A stretch of DNA of 64,000 nucleotides. Origin: an uncultured Actinomycetes bacterium (GTDB taxonomy: Bacteria > Actinomycetota > Thermoleophilia > Gaiellales > Gaiellaceae). A model generated the notes under the pieces. It searched no databases and was not told where the DNA came from. It was given only the letters and a program-made list of their open reading frames with translations. Made by a program: the position numbers and the translations under genes. The stretch covers positions 246,598-310,597 of the forward strand of contig CAVQEP010000014.1 of the NCBI GenBank assembly GCA_963711545.1. Direction: 5' to 3'. This document shows, piece after piece, positions 21,809 through 30,405 of this stretch (positions are counted from its first letter, which is position 1; each line of letters begins with the position of its first letter).

Positions 21809-22399
21809 CTAACTCCCTGTGTCTACCGGCCCGAGTTTCCCATCCCGGACCGCGTAAAGGGCCACGGCACAGTTGGGCACGGCCGGTATCGACCTGTGAT
21901 CACGGACGTAGTCGAGGCCCGCGACGAGCGCGTGGATCACCCGGATGGAACCGCCGTGGGAGACGACCAGGACCTCCTGGGCCGGATGCCGCTCGAGGAC
22001 GTCCGCGACGAAGCCGTTCACGCGCGCGGCGAACTCGTCGAACGGCTCGGCGTCGTCTGCTCCCGGGCCGTCTCCGGCGCGCCAGCGGCGGTGGGCGTCG
22101 GGGAATCGCTCCGCGATCTCGGCGGAGGTGAGGCCCTCCCAACTGCCGAAGCGCCGCTCGCGGAGCCTCGGGTCGAGGTGGATCTCGAGCCCGAGCCGCT
22201 CAGCGACGATCTCCGCCGTCTCGCGTGCCCGGGCGAGATCGCTGGAATAGAGGACGCCGATCGAGCCGTCGAGCTGCGCGGCGAGCGCGCCCGCCTGTTC
22301 CCGGCCGAGCTGGTTGAGGTGCGTGTCCGATCCGCCCTGCCAGCGCCCCTCACGGTTCCAGTCGGTCTCGCCGTGGCGGACGAGAAGGAGCGTCGTCAT
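21809..22399 (-). CDS. Histidine phosphatase family protein (phosphoglycerate mutase-like)
   Basis: MTTLLLVRHGETDWN...SDLARA...VVSHGG. Only the last 196 codons of the 756-aa track ORF are credible. Confidence 0.9.
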   Translation of the reverse strand: MTTLLLVRHGETDWNREGRWQGGSDTHLNQLGREQAGALAAQLDGSIGVLYSSDLARARETAEIVAERLGLEIHLDPRLRERRFGSWEGLTSAEIAERFPDAHRRWRAGDGPGADDAEPFDEFAARVNGFVADVLERHPAQEVLVVSHGGSIRVIHALVAGLDYVRDHRSIPAVPNCAVALYAVRDGKLGPVDTGS

Positions 22400-22420
22400 T
22401 GCAACTAGGCTAGCGAGCCG

Positions 22421-23206
22421 ATGGATCTCGGCCTTCGCGACCGCGTCTGCCTCGTCACCGGGTCGACCTCCGGGATCGGGCTCGAGGTTGCCCGGCTTCT
22501 CGCCGCCGAAGGAGCGCGAGTCGTCGTCACCGGCCGCGATCCGGGGCGGGTGGAGGCGGCTCGCCTCGAAGCGGACGCCGCCCTCGGGGTCGCCTGCGAC
22601 CTCTCCGAGCGGTTCGCGGCGACCGCCCTCGTCGAGCGGGCTACCCACGAGCTCGGGCCTGTCGCCTGTCTCGTGAACAACGTCGGCGAGGCCTACCAGG
22701 CCTCCTTCGAGGAACTGACGGACGAGCAGTGGGACGCAATGTGGCAGCTCAACGTCATGAGCCACGTGCGCTGCATCCGCGCCGTGCTCCCGGCCATGAA
22801 AGCCGCGGGAGCGGGCGTGATCGTCAACGTCTCGTCGACAGCGGGGAAGCGGCCGTCCACGGGAATGCCGAACTACTCCGTGACCAAGGCGGCAGTTCTG
22901 TCGCTCTCGCGCCTCGTGGCAGACCTCTATTCGAAGGACGGGATCCGCTGCAATGCCGTCACGCCGGGGCCGACGGCGACCAAGGCCTGGCTCGGGGCCG
23001 GCGGGTTGGCCGACCAGCAGGCGGCACGCTCGTCGAAGACTCGCGACGAGGTGCTCGACGCGGTCGGCTCGGGCCGCCCGCTCGGACGCCTTGCCGAGCC
23101 CGGGGAGATCGCGTCGGTGATCGTGTTCCTCTGTTCGGACCGCGCGTCGTACGTCACCGGAGCCGCGTGGAGCGCGGACGGCGGAACCGTCCCGATCATC
23201 ATCTAG
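22421..23206 (+). CDS. SDR family oxidoreductase
   Basis: 261 aa. TGSTSGIG Rossmann motif, NNVG, and a YSVTK (YxxxK) catalytic motif. Confidence 0.9.
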   Translation: MDLGLRDRVCLVTGSTSGIGLEVARLLAAEGARVVVTGRDPGRVEAARLEADAALGVACDLSERFAATALVERATHELGPVACLVNNVGEAYQASFEELTDEQWDAMWQLNVMSHVRCIRAVLPAMKAAGAGVIVNVSSTAGKRPSTGMPNYSVTKAAVLSLSRLVADLYSKDGIRCNAVTPGPTATKAWLGAGGLADQQAARSSKTRDEVLDAVGSGRPLGRLAEPGEIASVIVFLCSDRASYVTGAAWSADGGTVPIII

Positions 23207-23215
23207 CCTGAGCTC

Positions 23216-24175
23216 ATGCCGTCCGAAGTTGCGGGAAAGGTCGCGGAAGCCTTCGAGGCGCGGGTGCGGGAGCACGAGGAGGGCTGGCTGTCTCCGCTCG
23301 CCATTCGGTCGTACGAAGCCGGCGGCCGTCTCCGCGAGGAGGACGACTGCAGGCTGCGCACTCCGTTTCAGCGCGACCGGGACCGGATCCTGCACTCGAA
23401 GCCGTTCCGCCGCCTCAAGGGGAAGACCCAGGTCTTCATCGATCCCGCCGGCGACCACTACCGGACGCGGATGACGCACACGCTCGAGACCAGCGCCATC
23501 GCGCGCGGCGTCGCGCGTGCGCTCCGCCTGAACGAGGATCTCGTCGAGGCGATCGGGCTCGGGCACGACACCGGCCATCCGCCCTTCGGGCATGCGGGCG
23601 AAGAGGCGCTCGACGACGCCCTGAACGACCGCTTCGGCCGCCGCTTCCGGCACAACGAGCAGTCGCTTCGAATTGCAGAGTCCCTGAACCTCACCGAGGA
23701 TGTCCGCGACGGCATCCTCACCCACACGGGCCCGCTCGAGCCCTCGACGCTCGAGGGCAAGATCGTCCGCATCGTCGACCGCGTCGCCTACATCAACCAC
23801 GACATCGACGACGCCGTGCGCTTCGGAATCCTCGACCCCGCCGACCTGCCGCAGGCCGAGGTCGCACTGCTCGGCGAGCGGGGGTCGCGCAGGATCGACA
23901 CGCTCGTCCACGATCTGGTCGAGAGCTCCGAGCGCGCCGGCGACATCGTCCAGAGCGAGGAGATCGGCGGCGCGATGCACGCCCTTCGCGCGTTCATGTT
24001 CGACCACGTCTATCTCGGCCCTCACGCGCGACTCGAGCACGAGCGCGCGCGCGTCACCATCCGCCGGATCTTTGATCATCTCGCCGGGCGCGGCGACGAG
24101 CCGGAGCAGATCGCCGACTTCATCGCAGGGATGACGGATCGCTTCGCGTTGACGTACGTCGCGGAGCTCGAGTAG
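23216..24175 (+). CDS. dgt: dGTP triphosphohydrolase-like HD-domain protein
   Basis: 319 aa. FQRDRDRILHS, RTRMTHTLE, GHDTGHPPFGHAGE. Conserved position upstream of dnaG. Confidence 0.9.
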   Translation: MPSEVAGKVAEAFEARVREHEEGWLSPLAIRSYEAGGRLREEDDCRLRTPFQRDRDRILHSKPFRRLKGKTQVFIDPAGDHYRTRMTHTLETSAIARGVARALRLNEDLVEAIGLGHDTGHPPFGHAGEEALDDALNDRFGRRFRHNEQSLRIAESLNLTEDVRDGILTHTGPLEPSTLEGKIVRIVDRVAYINHDIDDAVRFGILDPADLPQAEVALLGERGSRRIDTLVHDLVESSERAGDIVQSEEIGGAMHALRAFMFDHVYLGPHARLEHERARVTIRRIFDHLAGRGDEPEQIADFIAGMTDRFALTYVAELE

Positions 24176-25842
24176 TGGCCCGCATCAAGGACGCGTCCGT
24201 CGAGGAGGTCAGGGCCGCCGCGGACATGGTCGCGGTCGTCTCGGGGCGGACCCAGCTGCGCAAGGCGGGCGCGCGATACCTCGGTCGCTGCCCGTTTCAC
24301 GAGGAGCGGACGCCGAGCTTCTCCGTGAACCCCACGGACAAGCTCTACTACTGCTTCGGCTGCGGCGCGAAGGGCGACCTGATCACGTTCGTGCGCGAGA
24401 CCGAGCAGCTCGACTTCGCCGGCGCGATCGAGTGGCTCGCGGACCGGTTCAACGTCCTGATCGAATACGAGGAGACCTCACCGGCTCAGGACGCGCGCCG
24501 CCGCCGCCGCGAGCGACTGCTCGAGCTGCTCGACGCCGCCGCGTCGTTCTACGAGCGCTACCTGTGGGACTCGCAGGCGGGCTCGCTGGCGCGTGACTAC
24601 CTCGCGGGGCGTGGTCTCGGGGAGGAGGTCTGCCGCGAATACCGGCTCGGCCTAGCCCTCGGCGGGACGACGCTCGCCCGCAAGGCGGTCGAGCGGGGAT
24701 TCACGCGTGAGGAGCTGCTCGCCGCCGGCCTGCTCAACCGGCGCGGAAACGACTACTTCTCCGGCCGGCTGCTGTTTCCGCTCGGGGACGCTCGCGGTCG
24801 TGTGCTCGGTTTCCAGGCGCGGAAGCTGCGGGAGGACGATCCGCTCCGGGCGAAGTACGTCAACTCGCCGGAGGGCGAGCTCTTCCGCAAGGGCGACCTC
24901 CTTTACGGCCTCGACAAGGCTCGCGCCGCGATCGCCAAACAGGAGCGCGCGATCGTCGTCGAGGGGAACACCGACGTGCTCGCGTTGCACCAGGCGGCCC
25001 TCGAGCCCGTGGTCGCATCGATGGGGACCGCCCTGACAGAGCGCCAGCTCAAGGAGCTCGGCCGGCTGACGAAACGGGTCTGGCTCTGCTTCGACGGCGA
25101 CGCTGCCGGCGAGGCCGCGACGCTGCGCGGGATGGAGCTCGCAGCTGCGCAGGGTCTCGACGTGCGGGTGGTCGCGCTCCCGTCCGGGTTCGATCCCGCC
25201 GACCTGGCCGACGGGTTCGACCAGCGGCTTGCACGCGCCGAGAGCTACCTCGGCTACAGGGTGCGGCTGGAGATCGAGCGGGCGGCGGACCGTCAGGAGG
25301 CATTCGTCCGCGTCCGCGACGTCCTGTCGCGCTTCGACGAGTCGCCGGAGCGCCAGGACGCGATTCGCTTCGCCGCCGACAAGCTCGACCTGCCGAAGGA
25401 GACGCAGGCGGGCCTGGCTCCGCGCCTCGGAGCGCCGGCGACCGGCACTGTCTCGCCGCGCCTCCTCGATGCGGGCGAGCGGCTGGAGCGCGACGCCCTC
25501 GCCGGAGTGGCCGCGCACCGCTCGCTGGTGCGGATCCTCGTCGAGCTCGGGCCTGAGCACTTCGACTCGGAGACGTATCGAAGGGTTCGTGAGCAGCTCG
25601 TGTCCGAGGCCGAGCCGGTTGAGGAGCTCGTCGGCCTGCTCGCCGAGCTGGACGCGCGGGCGGCCTCCGAGGGGATCGACGAGCGCACGGCCGAGGAGCT
25701 GCTCCTGCGCCTGCGCGAGCGGCGCCTTCGCCGGGAGCTGAGCGACGCCGATCCGAGCCGCACCCTGGAGCTCCAGGCGGCCCTGGAGAAGATCGTCCGT
25801 GCGATGGAGGAAATCTCGACGGCGCAGACCCTGTCGCGCTGA
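24175..25842 (+). CDS. dnaG: DNA primase
   Basis: 555 aa. Zinc ribbon CPFHEERTPSFSVNP..YYCFGCGAKGD. TOPRIM EGNTDVLAL...DGDAAG. The GTG start overlaps the dgt stop. Confidence 0.95.
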   Translation: MARIKDASVEEVRAAADMVAVVSGRTQLRKAGARYLGRCPFHEERTPSFSVNPTDKLYYCFGCGAKGDLITFVRETEQLDFAGAIEWLADRFNVLIEYEETSPAQDARRRRRERLLELLDAAASFYERYLWDSQAGSLARDYLAGRGLGEEVCREYRLGLALGGTTLARKAVERGFTREELLAAGLLNRRGNDYFSGRLLFPLGDARGRVLGFQARKLREDDPLRAKYVNSPEGELFRKGDLLYGLDKARAAIAKQERAIVVEGNTDVLALHQAALEPVVASMGTALTERQLKELGRLTKRVWLCFDGDAAGEAATLRGMELAAAQGLDVRVVALPSGFDPADLADGFDQRLARAESYLGYRVRLEIERAADRQEAFVRVRDVLSRFDESPERQDAIRFAADKLDLPKETQAGLAPRLGAPATGTVSPRLLDAGERLERDALAGVAAHRSLVRILVELGPEHFDSETYRRVREQLVSEAEPVEELVGLLAELDARAASEGIDERTAEELLLRLRERRLRRELSDADPSRTLELQAALEKIVRAMEEISTAQTLSR

Positions 25843-25883
25843 TTTGGCGCTCGGGAGCAGCGGCTACACTAGCCCCGCTGCCG

Positions 25884-25956
25884 TCCCCAGTAGCTCAATT
25901 GGCAGAGCATCCGGCTGTTAACCGGAGGGTTGTTGGTTCGAGTCCAACCTGGGGAG
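25884..25956 (+). tRNA. tRNA-Asn (anticodon GTT)
   Basis: I folded it by hand into a perfect 73-nt cloverleaf. Acceptor tccccag/ctgggga, D arm gctc-aattggca-gagc, anticodon arm tccgg-ctGTTaa-ccgga, T arm gttgg-ttcgagt-ccaac. CCA is not encoded. Confidence 0.92.
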
Positions 25957-25987
25957 CTACGAAGACGCTGCTGAGGGCCAGAAACGC

Positions 25988-26018
25988 GAAGGGCGCCCGT
26001 GTGGAGCGCCCTTCTTGG
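25988..26018. terminator. Hairpin between tRNA-Asn and the convergent small ORFs (bidirectional terminator candidate)
   Basis: gaagggcgc / gcgcccttc is a 9-bp stem with a 9-nt loop, followed by ttgg. A second palindrome, ggtacc..ggtacc, follows. Confidence 0.4.
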
Positions 26019-26080
26019 TACCGGAGTTGGTACCTCAGCCGCGGAAGAACAGCGCGACCGTGAAGGCGGCGATCACCACG

Positions 26081-26197
26081 TCAGCCGGCGTCGACCAACG
26101 CGAGCAGCTCCTTAGCCATCTCGCCCATGAAGTTGCTTGCGCCTGCCGGAAACTCGACGACGACATCGTCGACCGGCCCCAGCTCAATGCCTGCCAA
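26081..26197 (-). pseudogene. Truncated ORF (38 codons) resembling the N-terminus of DUF6325-type actinobacterial proteins
   Basis: TTG-MAGIELGPVDDVVVEFPAGASNFMGEMAKELLALVDAG-stop. The LGPV..VV.FP....F.GE...EL..LV..G pattern is recalled from family members of about 140 aa. Here the ORF stops after about 38 aa. Below the ORF-track cutoff. Confidence 0.3.
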
Positions 26198-26207
26198 CGT
26201 CTTCGCC

Positions 26208-26381
26208 CTAGGCGACCTGGGCCGCCGACGGCCTCATGAAGGCGCCGAAGATCCAGAGCACCGGGAAGAAGATCCCGAAGAAGAACATCCACCCGTGCCC
26301 ATTTCGGAGCGTCATCAGGCCGAGAGTGAACGCCACGATCAAATACAAGATGGCGCCGCCGATACCGATTCCCCACCACAT
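26208..26381 (-). CDS. Small membrane protein (57 aa), not in the ORF track
   Basis: Strong RBS GAGGGAGGAACT directly before the ATG. MWWGIGIGGAILYLIVAFTLGLMTLRNGHGWMFFFGIFFPVLWIFGAFMRPSAAQVA gives two hydrophobic helices. Confidence 0.55.
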   Translation of the reverse strand: MWWGIGIGGAILYLIVAFTLGLMTLRNGHGWMFFFGIFFPVLWIFGAFMRPSAAQVA

Positions 26382-26642
26382 AGTTCCTCCCTCGATAGGC
26401 AGGTCGTTCCGATTCCGGCCTCGACCGTGACATGGGGAACAAACCGGCGCATCATCCGATCAGGACGAGGTACACGCTCTCGCTGCCGCCGCGGTTGCCG
26501 CGATCGGGGTAGGAGGGCTGACGTCATCGCCTATCCAAAATTGGTTCCGCGTTTGGTACGGAATCCAGATGATCTGACGTGACCTGGCAGGCCCTATCTG
26601 CGCTTAACCGTGCGGAGCCGCAGGACGTGACCTTGTACGAGT

Positions 26643-26661
26643 CGGCTGTTAACCGGAGGGT
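26643..26661 (+). repeat. Partial direct copy of the tRNA-Asn anticodon arm and variable region
   Basis: cggctgttaaccggagggt is identical to 25912-25930 (19/19). A further gttg matches after a 1-nt gap. There is no T arm or acceptor. Confidence 0.75.
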
Positions 26662-26682
26662 GTTGTAGGGGCGGTTAGCAGC

Positions 26683-26755
26683 GGGAGCGGACGGGACTCG
26701 AACCCGCGACCTACGGCGTGACAGGTCGGTACGTGCTCAACCGGCGCCACCCAGC
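26683..26755 (-). pseudogene. tRNA-Asp-like fragment (3' half intact, 5' half degenerate, not foldable)
   Basis: The minus strand reads ctGTCac-gccgt-aggtc-gcggg-ttcgagt-cccgt-ccgctcc-c (26724 down to 26683). This nearly matches the E. coli tRNA-Asp 3' half as I recall it. The required 5' acceptor strand ggagcgg is absent, and only 3 of 5 anticodon-stem pairs form. Confidence 0.5.
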
Positions 26756-27153
26756 AGAGCCTGCGTAGTACGTGTGTAAAGCGGTGGTTCATCGTCCGGA
26801 GCGGGTGGTTTTCCAGCGGGCTGTCGCCCCTCGTGAATCCACGCTCTCTCTTGCACGGCGAGGGGGTTGCACGCGACCGTGTGGGTGTCGCATAGTTGCG
26901 GGGCCGTGATCCTCGCGATCCACGAGAACCCGTTAATTCGTGCGTCTTGTCCGGGCGAACTGCAGGGTTCGCTACATCCGGGCGCCGAATCTTGAGCGCA
27001 CGCTCGCCAGCCAAGGTCCTCCATGAGGCCCGACTGCGGCCGATACCGGTGCGAGCCGCCCTTGGTATTGGGGGCGGACTCCCGGTCGCAGCCGGAGCGA
27101 AAGAACGCGATCGCGCCCGGAAACCCGCAGCGAAGTCCGCACCGGAGGCTTAG

Positions 27154-28647
27154 ATGACCGACCAGCCCACTGTCCCGGCTGAACCGGAGAAGAAAAGCGG
27201 GTTCACGCTTCCGTCGGCGTACACGATCTTGTTCGCGCTGATCGTGCTGGCGGCGATCGCGACGTGGATCATCCCGGCCGGCATCTACAACCTCAACGCC
27301 GCGGGCGAGCCGATTCCCGGGACGTACCACGAGGTGCCGTCGCATCCCGCGCGAATCCTCGTCGACTCGCTCACGGCGCCGATCAACGGCCTCTACGGGA
27401 TCGAGAACGCGAAGGGGAACATCAATTACTACAACTCGGGATCGCTCTTCGGCGCGATCGACATCGCGCTGTTCATCCTCGTGATCGGCGGGTTCCTCGG
27501 CGTGACGATGAAGACCGGGGCGATCGAGGCCGGCATCGGCAAACTCGTCCAGCGGATGCAGGGCAAGGAGCGATGGATGATCCCCGTCCTTATGAGCGTC
27601 TTCGCCCTGGGAGGTACGACTTTCGGGATGGCCGAGGAGAGTCTCGCCTTCTACGCGCTCGTGATCACCGTGATGATCGCCGCGGGGTACGACGCGCTCA
27701 CGGGTGCAGCGATCGTCCTAGTCGGCTGCGGGATCGGCGTGCTCGGTTCGACGGTCAACCCGTTCGCGACCGGGATCGCATCCGGAATCGCCGGCATCCC
27801 GATCAGCGAAGGCATCGTCGGACGGCTCGTGATCCTGCTCGTCGGGCTGTTGATCGGCATCTTCTTCGTCCTGCGGTATGCCGACCGGGTGAAGCGCGAC
27901 CCGTCGAGATCGCTCGTCTACGCGATGAAGGCCGAGAACGAGGCGCGCTTCCGGACCGAGAGCGGCGCCGGCGCCGTCACGCTCACCGGCAAGCAAAAGA
28001 CGGTTCTGGCCGTCTTCGCGCTCGCGTTCGTCGTGATGATCTACGGCGTCGTTCCGTGGGAGGACATCGGGATCCCGTTCCCGACCTGGTGGTGGTGGTT
28101 CCCCGAGATGACCGCCTCCTTCCTGCTCTTCGCGATCATCATCGGGGTGATCGGCCGGATGGGCGAAGGCGCGCTGACGACCAGCTTCGTCGACGGTGCG
28201 CGCGACCTGCTCGGGGTGGCGCTGATCATCGGCATCGCGCGCGGCATCACGGTGATCATGAACAACGGCAAGATCACCGACACCATCCTGCACTGGGTCG
28301 AGAAAGCCCTGGGAGGGACGGGCGCCGTTGCGTTCTTGATCATCATGTTCCTGCTCTTCCTGCCGCTGTCGTTCGCGATCCCCTCGACCTCGGGGCTCGC
28401 GACCTTGGCGATGCCGATCATGGTTCCGCTGGCGAGCTTCCTCGGCGTCTCGGCGGCGCTCGTCGTGACCTCCTACCAGAGCGCCTCCGGTGTCATGAAC
28501 CTGGTCGTGCCGACGTCTGCGGTCGTGATGGGCGGCCTCGCGATCGCCCGCGTCCCCTACGGCACCTACCTTCGCTGGGTCTGGCCGCTGCTCGCGTTGC
28601 TGAGCGCCCTATCCGTGATCGTGCTCGCCATATCGGCGGCGGTGTGA
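27154..28647 (+). CDS. YfcC/DcuC-type anion/basic amino acid transporter family protein (often linked to arginine deiminase clusters)
   Basis: 497-aa polytopic ORF. ATG preceded by GGAGG. Family-typical GVTMKTGAIEAGIG segment. Confidence 0.88.
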   Translation: MTDQPTVPAEPEKKSGFTLPSAYTILFALIVLAAIATWIIPAGIYNLNAAGEPIPGTYHEVPSHPARILVDSLTAPINGLYGIENAKGNINYYNSGSLFGAIDIALFILVIGGFLGVTMKTGAIEAGIGKLVQRMQGKERWMIPVLMSVFALGGTTFGMAEESLAFYALVITVMIAAGYDALTGAAIVLVGCGIGVLGSTVNPFATGIASGIAGIPISEGIVGRLVILLVGLLIGIFFVLRYADRVKRDPSRSLVYAMKAENEARFRTESGAGAVTLTGKQKTVLAVFALAFVVMIYGVVPWEDIGIPFPTWWWWFPEMTASFLLFAIIIGVIGRMGEGALTTSFVDGARDLLGVALIIGIARGITVIMNNGKITDTILHWVEKALGGTGAVAFLIIMFLLFLPLSFAIPSTSGLATLAMPIMVPLASFLGVSAALVVTSYQSASGVMNLVVPTSAVVMGGLAIARVPYGTYLRWVWPLLALLSALSVIVLAISAAV

Positions 28648-28682
28648 CGTGCGCACGTCGACCCTAGGAGAGGAGGACCGAG

Positions 28683-28832
28683 ATGCGACGTGGCCTTGAA
28701 TGGGTGCTCATCCTGGCGGGCGTGCTGCTGCTGGTCGGCCTGATCGCGTACGCGCGCGGTCCGAAGCATCACCGCGGCGACGAGGTCGGCACTCACGGCA
28801 CGAAGATCGTTGTCGTGCACATCGTCCCCTGA
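28683..28832 (+). CDS. Small membrane protein (49 aa), not in the ORF track
   Basis: AGGAGAGGAGG RBS 6 nt upstream of the ATG. MRRGLEWVLILAGVLLLVGLIAYARGPKHHRG... gives one TM helix. It sits between yfcC and pepD. Confidence 0.4.
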   Translation: MRRGLEWVLILAGVLLLVGLIAYARGPKHHRGDEVGTHGTKIVVVHIVP

Positions 28833-28848
28833 CCGGGAGGAAGCCTCG

Positions 28849-30324
28849 ATGGCTACCCGGCCCGCAGTACTAACGGGAGTCGAGCCCGGCGCTTGCTGGC
28901 GGCACTTTGAGACCTTGACCAAGATCGCGCGCCCTTCGCGGCACGAGGAGCCCGTGATCGAGCACATTCGCGGGTGGGCTGTCGAGCACGGCTTCGAGCT
29001 TCGTCAGGATGCGGCCCGCAACCTCGTCGTGCGTGTGCCGGCGACCGCGGGTCGTGAGTCGGCGCCGGTTCTCGTCCTGCAGGGGCACCTGGACATGGTG
29101 TGCGAGCGTCGGCCGGACAGCCTCTACGATCCGGCCGAGGGCAGGATCGCGCTTGTTCGCGACGGCGATTGGCTGACCGCTGACGGGACGACGCTCGGCG
29201 CGGACGACGGCATCGGCATCGCGGCGATGATGGCGCTGGCCGAGGACGAATCGTCGCCGCACGGCCCGCTGGAGCTGCTGATGACGGTCAACGAGGAGGT
29301 CGGTGGCCCCGGCGAGGGTGCGAGCGGGCTCGACCCGAGCCTTGTGAGCGGGGCGACGCTATTGAACCTGGACAGCGAGGAAGACGGGAAGCTGACCGTT
29401 GGCTCTGCGAGTAGCACCGACACGTCGATCCGGGTCGAGAGGCCGCGGAAAGCGCGCGGCCCGGGCGCGGTGACGCTGTCGGTGACTGTGAGCGGAGGCC
29501 TCGGCGGGCACTCCGGCACCGACATCGCCCACGGCCGCGCGAACGCGATCAAGGTGCTCGGGCGCGCGCTGCGCGAGGCGCTCGCCGTTGCCCCGTTCCG
29601 GCTGGCTTCCCTGCAGGGTGGCAAGAGCTGGAACGCCATTCCTCGGGACGCCACCGCGATCTGCTCGTTGCCGCCCGAGCGAGAGCCCACCTTCGGAGTC
29701 GCCGTCGCAAGCGCCGCAGCGGCGATCGGCGACGCCTACGCGGACACCGATTCGGGCGTCACCGTGAGGGTCGCGCGCGCGGCCGACGCGGCGGAGGCCT
29801 GGACGGCAGACGGGACCCGCGACGTGCTCGACCTCGTCGCAGTTGTCCCGAGCGGGCCGCTCGCCATGAGCCCGCACTTCGAAGGGCTCGTCGAGACGAG
29901 CACCTCGATCGGCGAGGCGGTCACCGACGGGGCGACGCTCACGCTGCACAGCCTCTCGCGCTCGTCCAACGCCTCGGCGCTTCCGGAGGTTGTTGCCGCG
30001 CTCGAAGCCGCCGCTCGCCTCGCAGGGGGCTCGCTCGAGATCGGGCAGGCCGACCCCGGCTGGCGACCCAACCTCGACTCCCCTGTCCTGGACGTTTCCC
30101 GTCATGTCTACGAGCGGCTCTTCGGCGGGCCCCCGATCGTCACGGCGGTACACGCCTGGCTGGAAACGGCCGTGATCGGCGACCGGGTCGCCGGCCTGGA
30201 CATGGTCTCCTTCGGCCCGCAGATCGAGGCGCCGCACTCGCCCGACGAGCGGGTCAGTATCCCGACCGTCGAGCGATTCTGGCGGCTGCTCGAGGGTGTC
30301 GTCGACGAGTTCTCAGCCGCTTGA
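28849..30324 (+). CDS. pepD: Aminoacyl-histidine dipeptidase (M20C, PepD-like)
   Basis: ATG at 28849 with GGGAGG 8 nt upstream. FETLTKIARPSRHEE, LQGHLDMV, and GADDGIG motifs. Confidence 0.9.
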   Translation: MATRPAVLTGVEPGACWRHFETLTKIARPSRHEEPVIEHIRGWAVEHGFELRQDAARNLVVRVPATAGRESAPVLVLQGHLDMVCERRPDSLYDPAEGRIALVRDGDWLTADGTTLGADDGIGIAAMMALAEDESSPHGPLELLMTVNEEVGGPGEGASGLDPSLVSGATLLNLDSEEDGKLTVGSASSTDTSIRVERPRKARGPGAVTLSVTVSGGLGGHSGTDIAHGRANAIKVLGRALREALAVAPFRLASLQGGKSWNAIPRDATAICSLPPEREPTFGVAVASAAAAIGDAYADTDSGVTVRVARAADAAEAWTADGTRDVLDLVAVVPSGPLAMSPHFEGLVETSTSIGEAVTDGATLTLHSLSRSSNASALPEVVAALEAAARLAGGSLEIGQADPGWRPNLDSPVLDVSRHVYERLFGGPPIVTAVHAWLETAVIGDRVAGLDMVSFGPQIEAPHSPDERVSIPTVERFWRLLEGVVDEFSAA

Positions 30325-30405
30325 AGTAAAGGGACGCGGCTGGCCGTAGGCGAGCGGGCTCCTCGAGGCGACTCGGGTATGCCGGCGCCCAGGAAAGGCG
30401 TAGCA

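Noticed and set aside
22400-24079. Upstream 560 codons of the 756-aa minus-strand ORF 21809..24079
   Set aside because: It lies antisense to the clearly conserved SDR and dgt genes. Its sequence is Arg/Gly/Asp/Pro-rich low complexity, typical of shadow frames in GC-rich DNA. Recognisable homology (histidine phosphatase, MTTLLLVRHGETDWN) begins only at the ATG at 22399.
26660-26760. A functional tRNA (Asp), tRNA-Sec or tmRNA on the minus strand
   Set aside because: The T arm, 3' acceptor strand and CUGUCAC loop match tRNA-Asp. However, no complementary 5' acceptor strand (ggagcgg) exists within range, only 3 of 5 anticodon-stem pairs form, and the D arm cannot be closed. The anticodon is not UCA and the acceptor is not 8 bp, so it is not tRNA-Sec. 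No tmRNA-type 5' partner or tag reading frame was found in 26760-27020.
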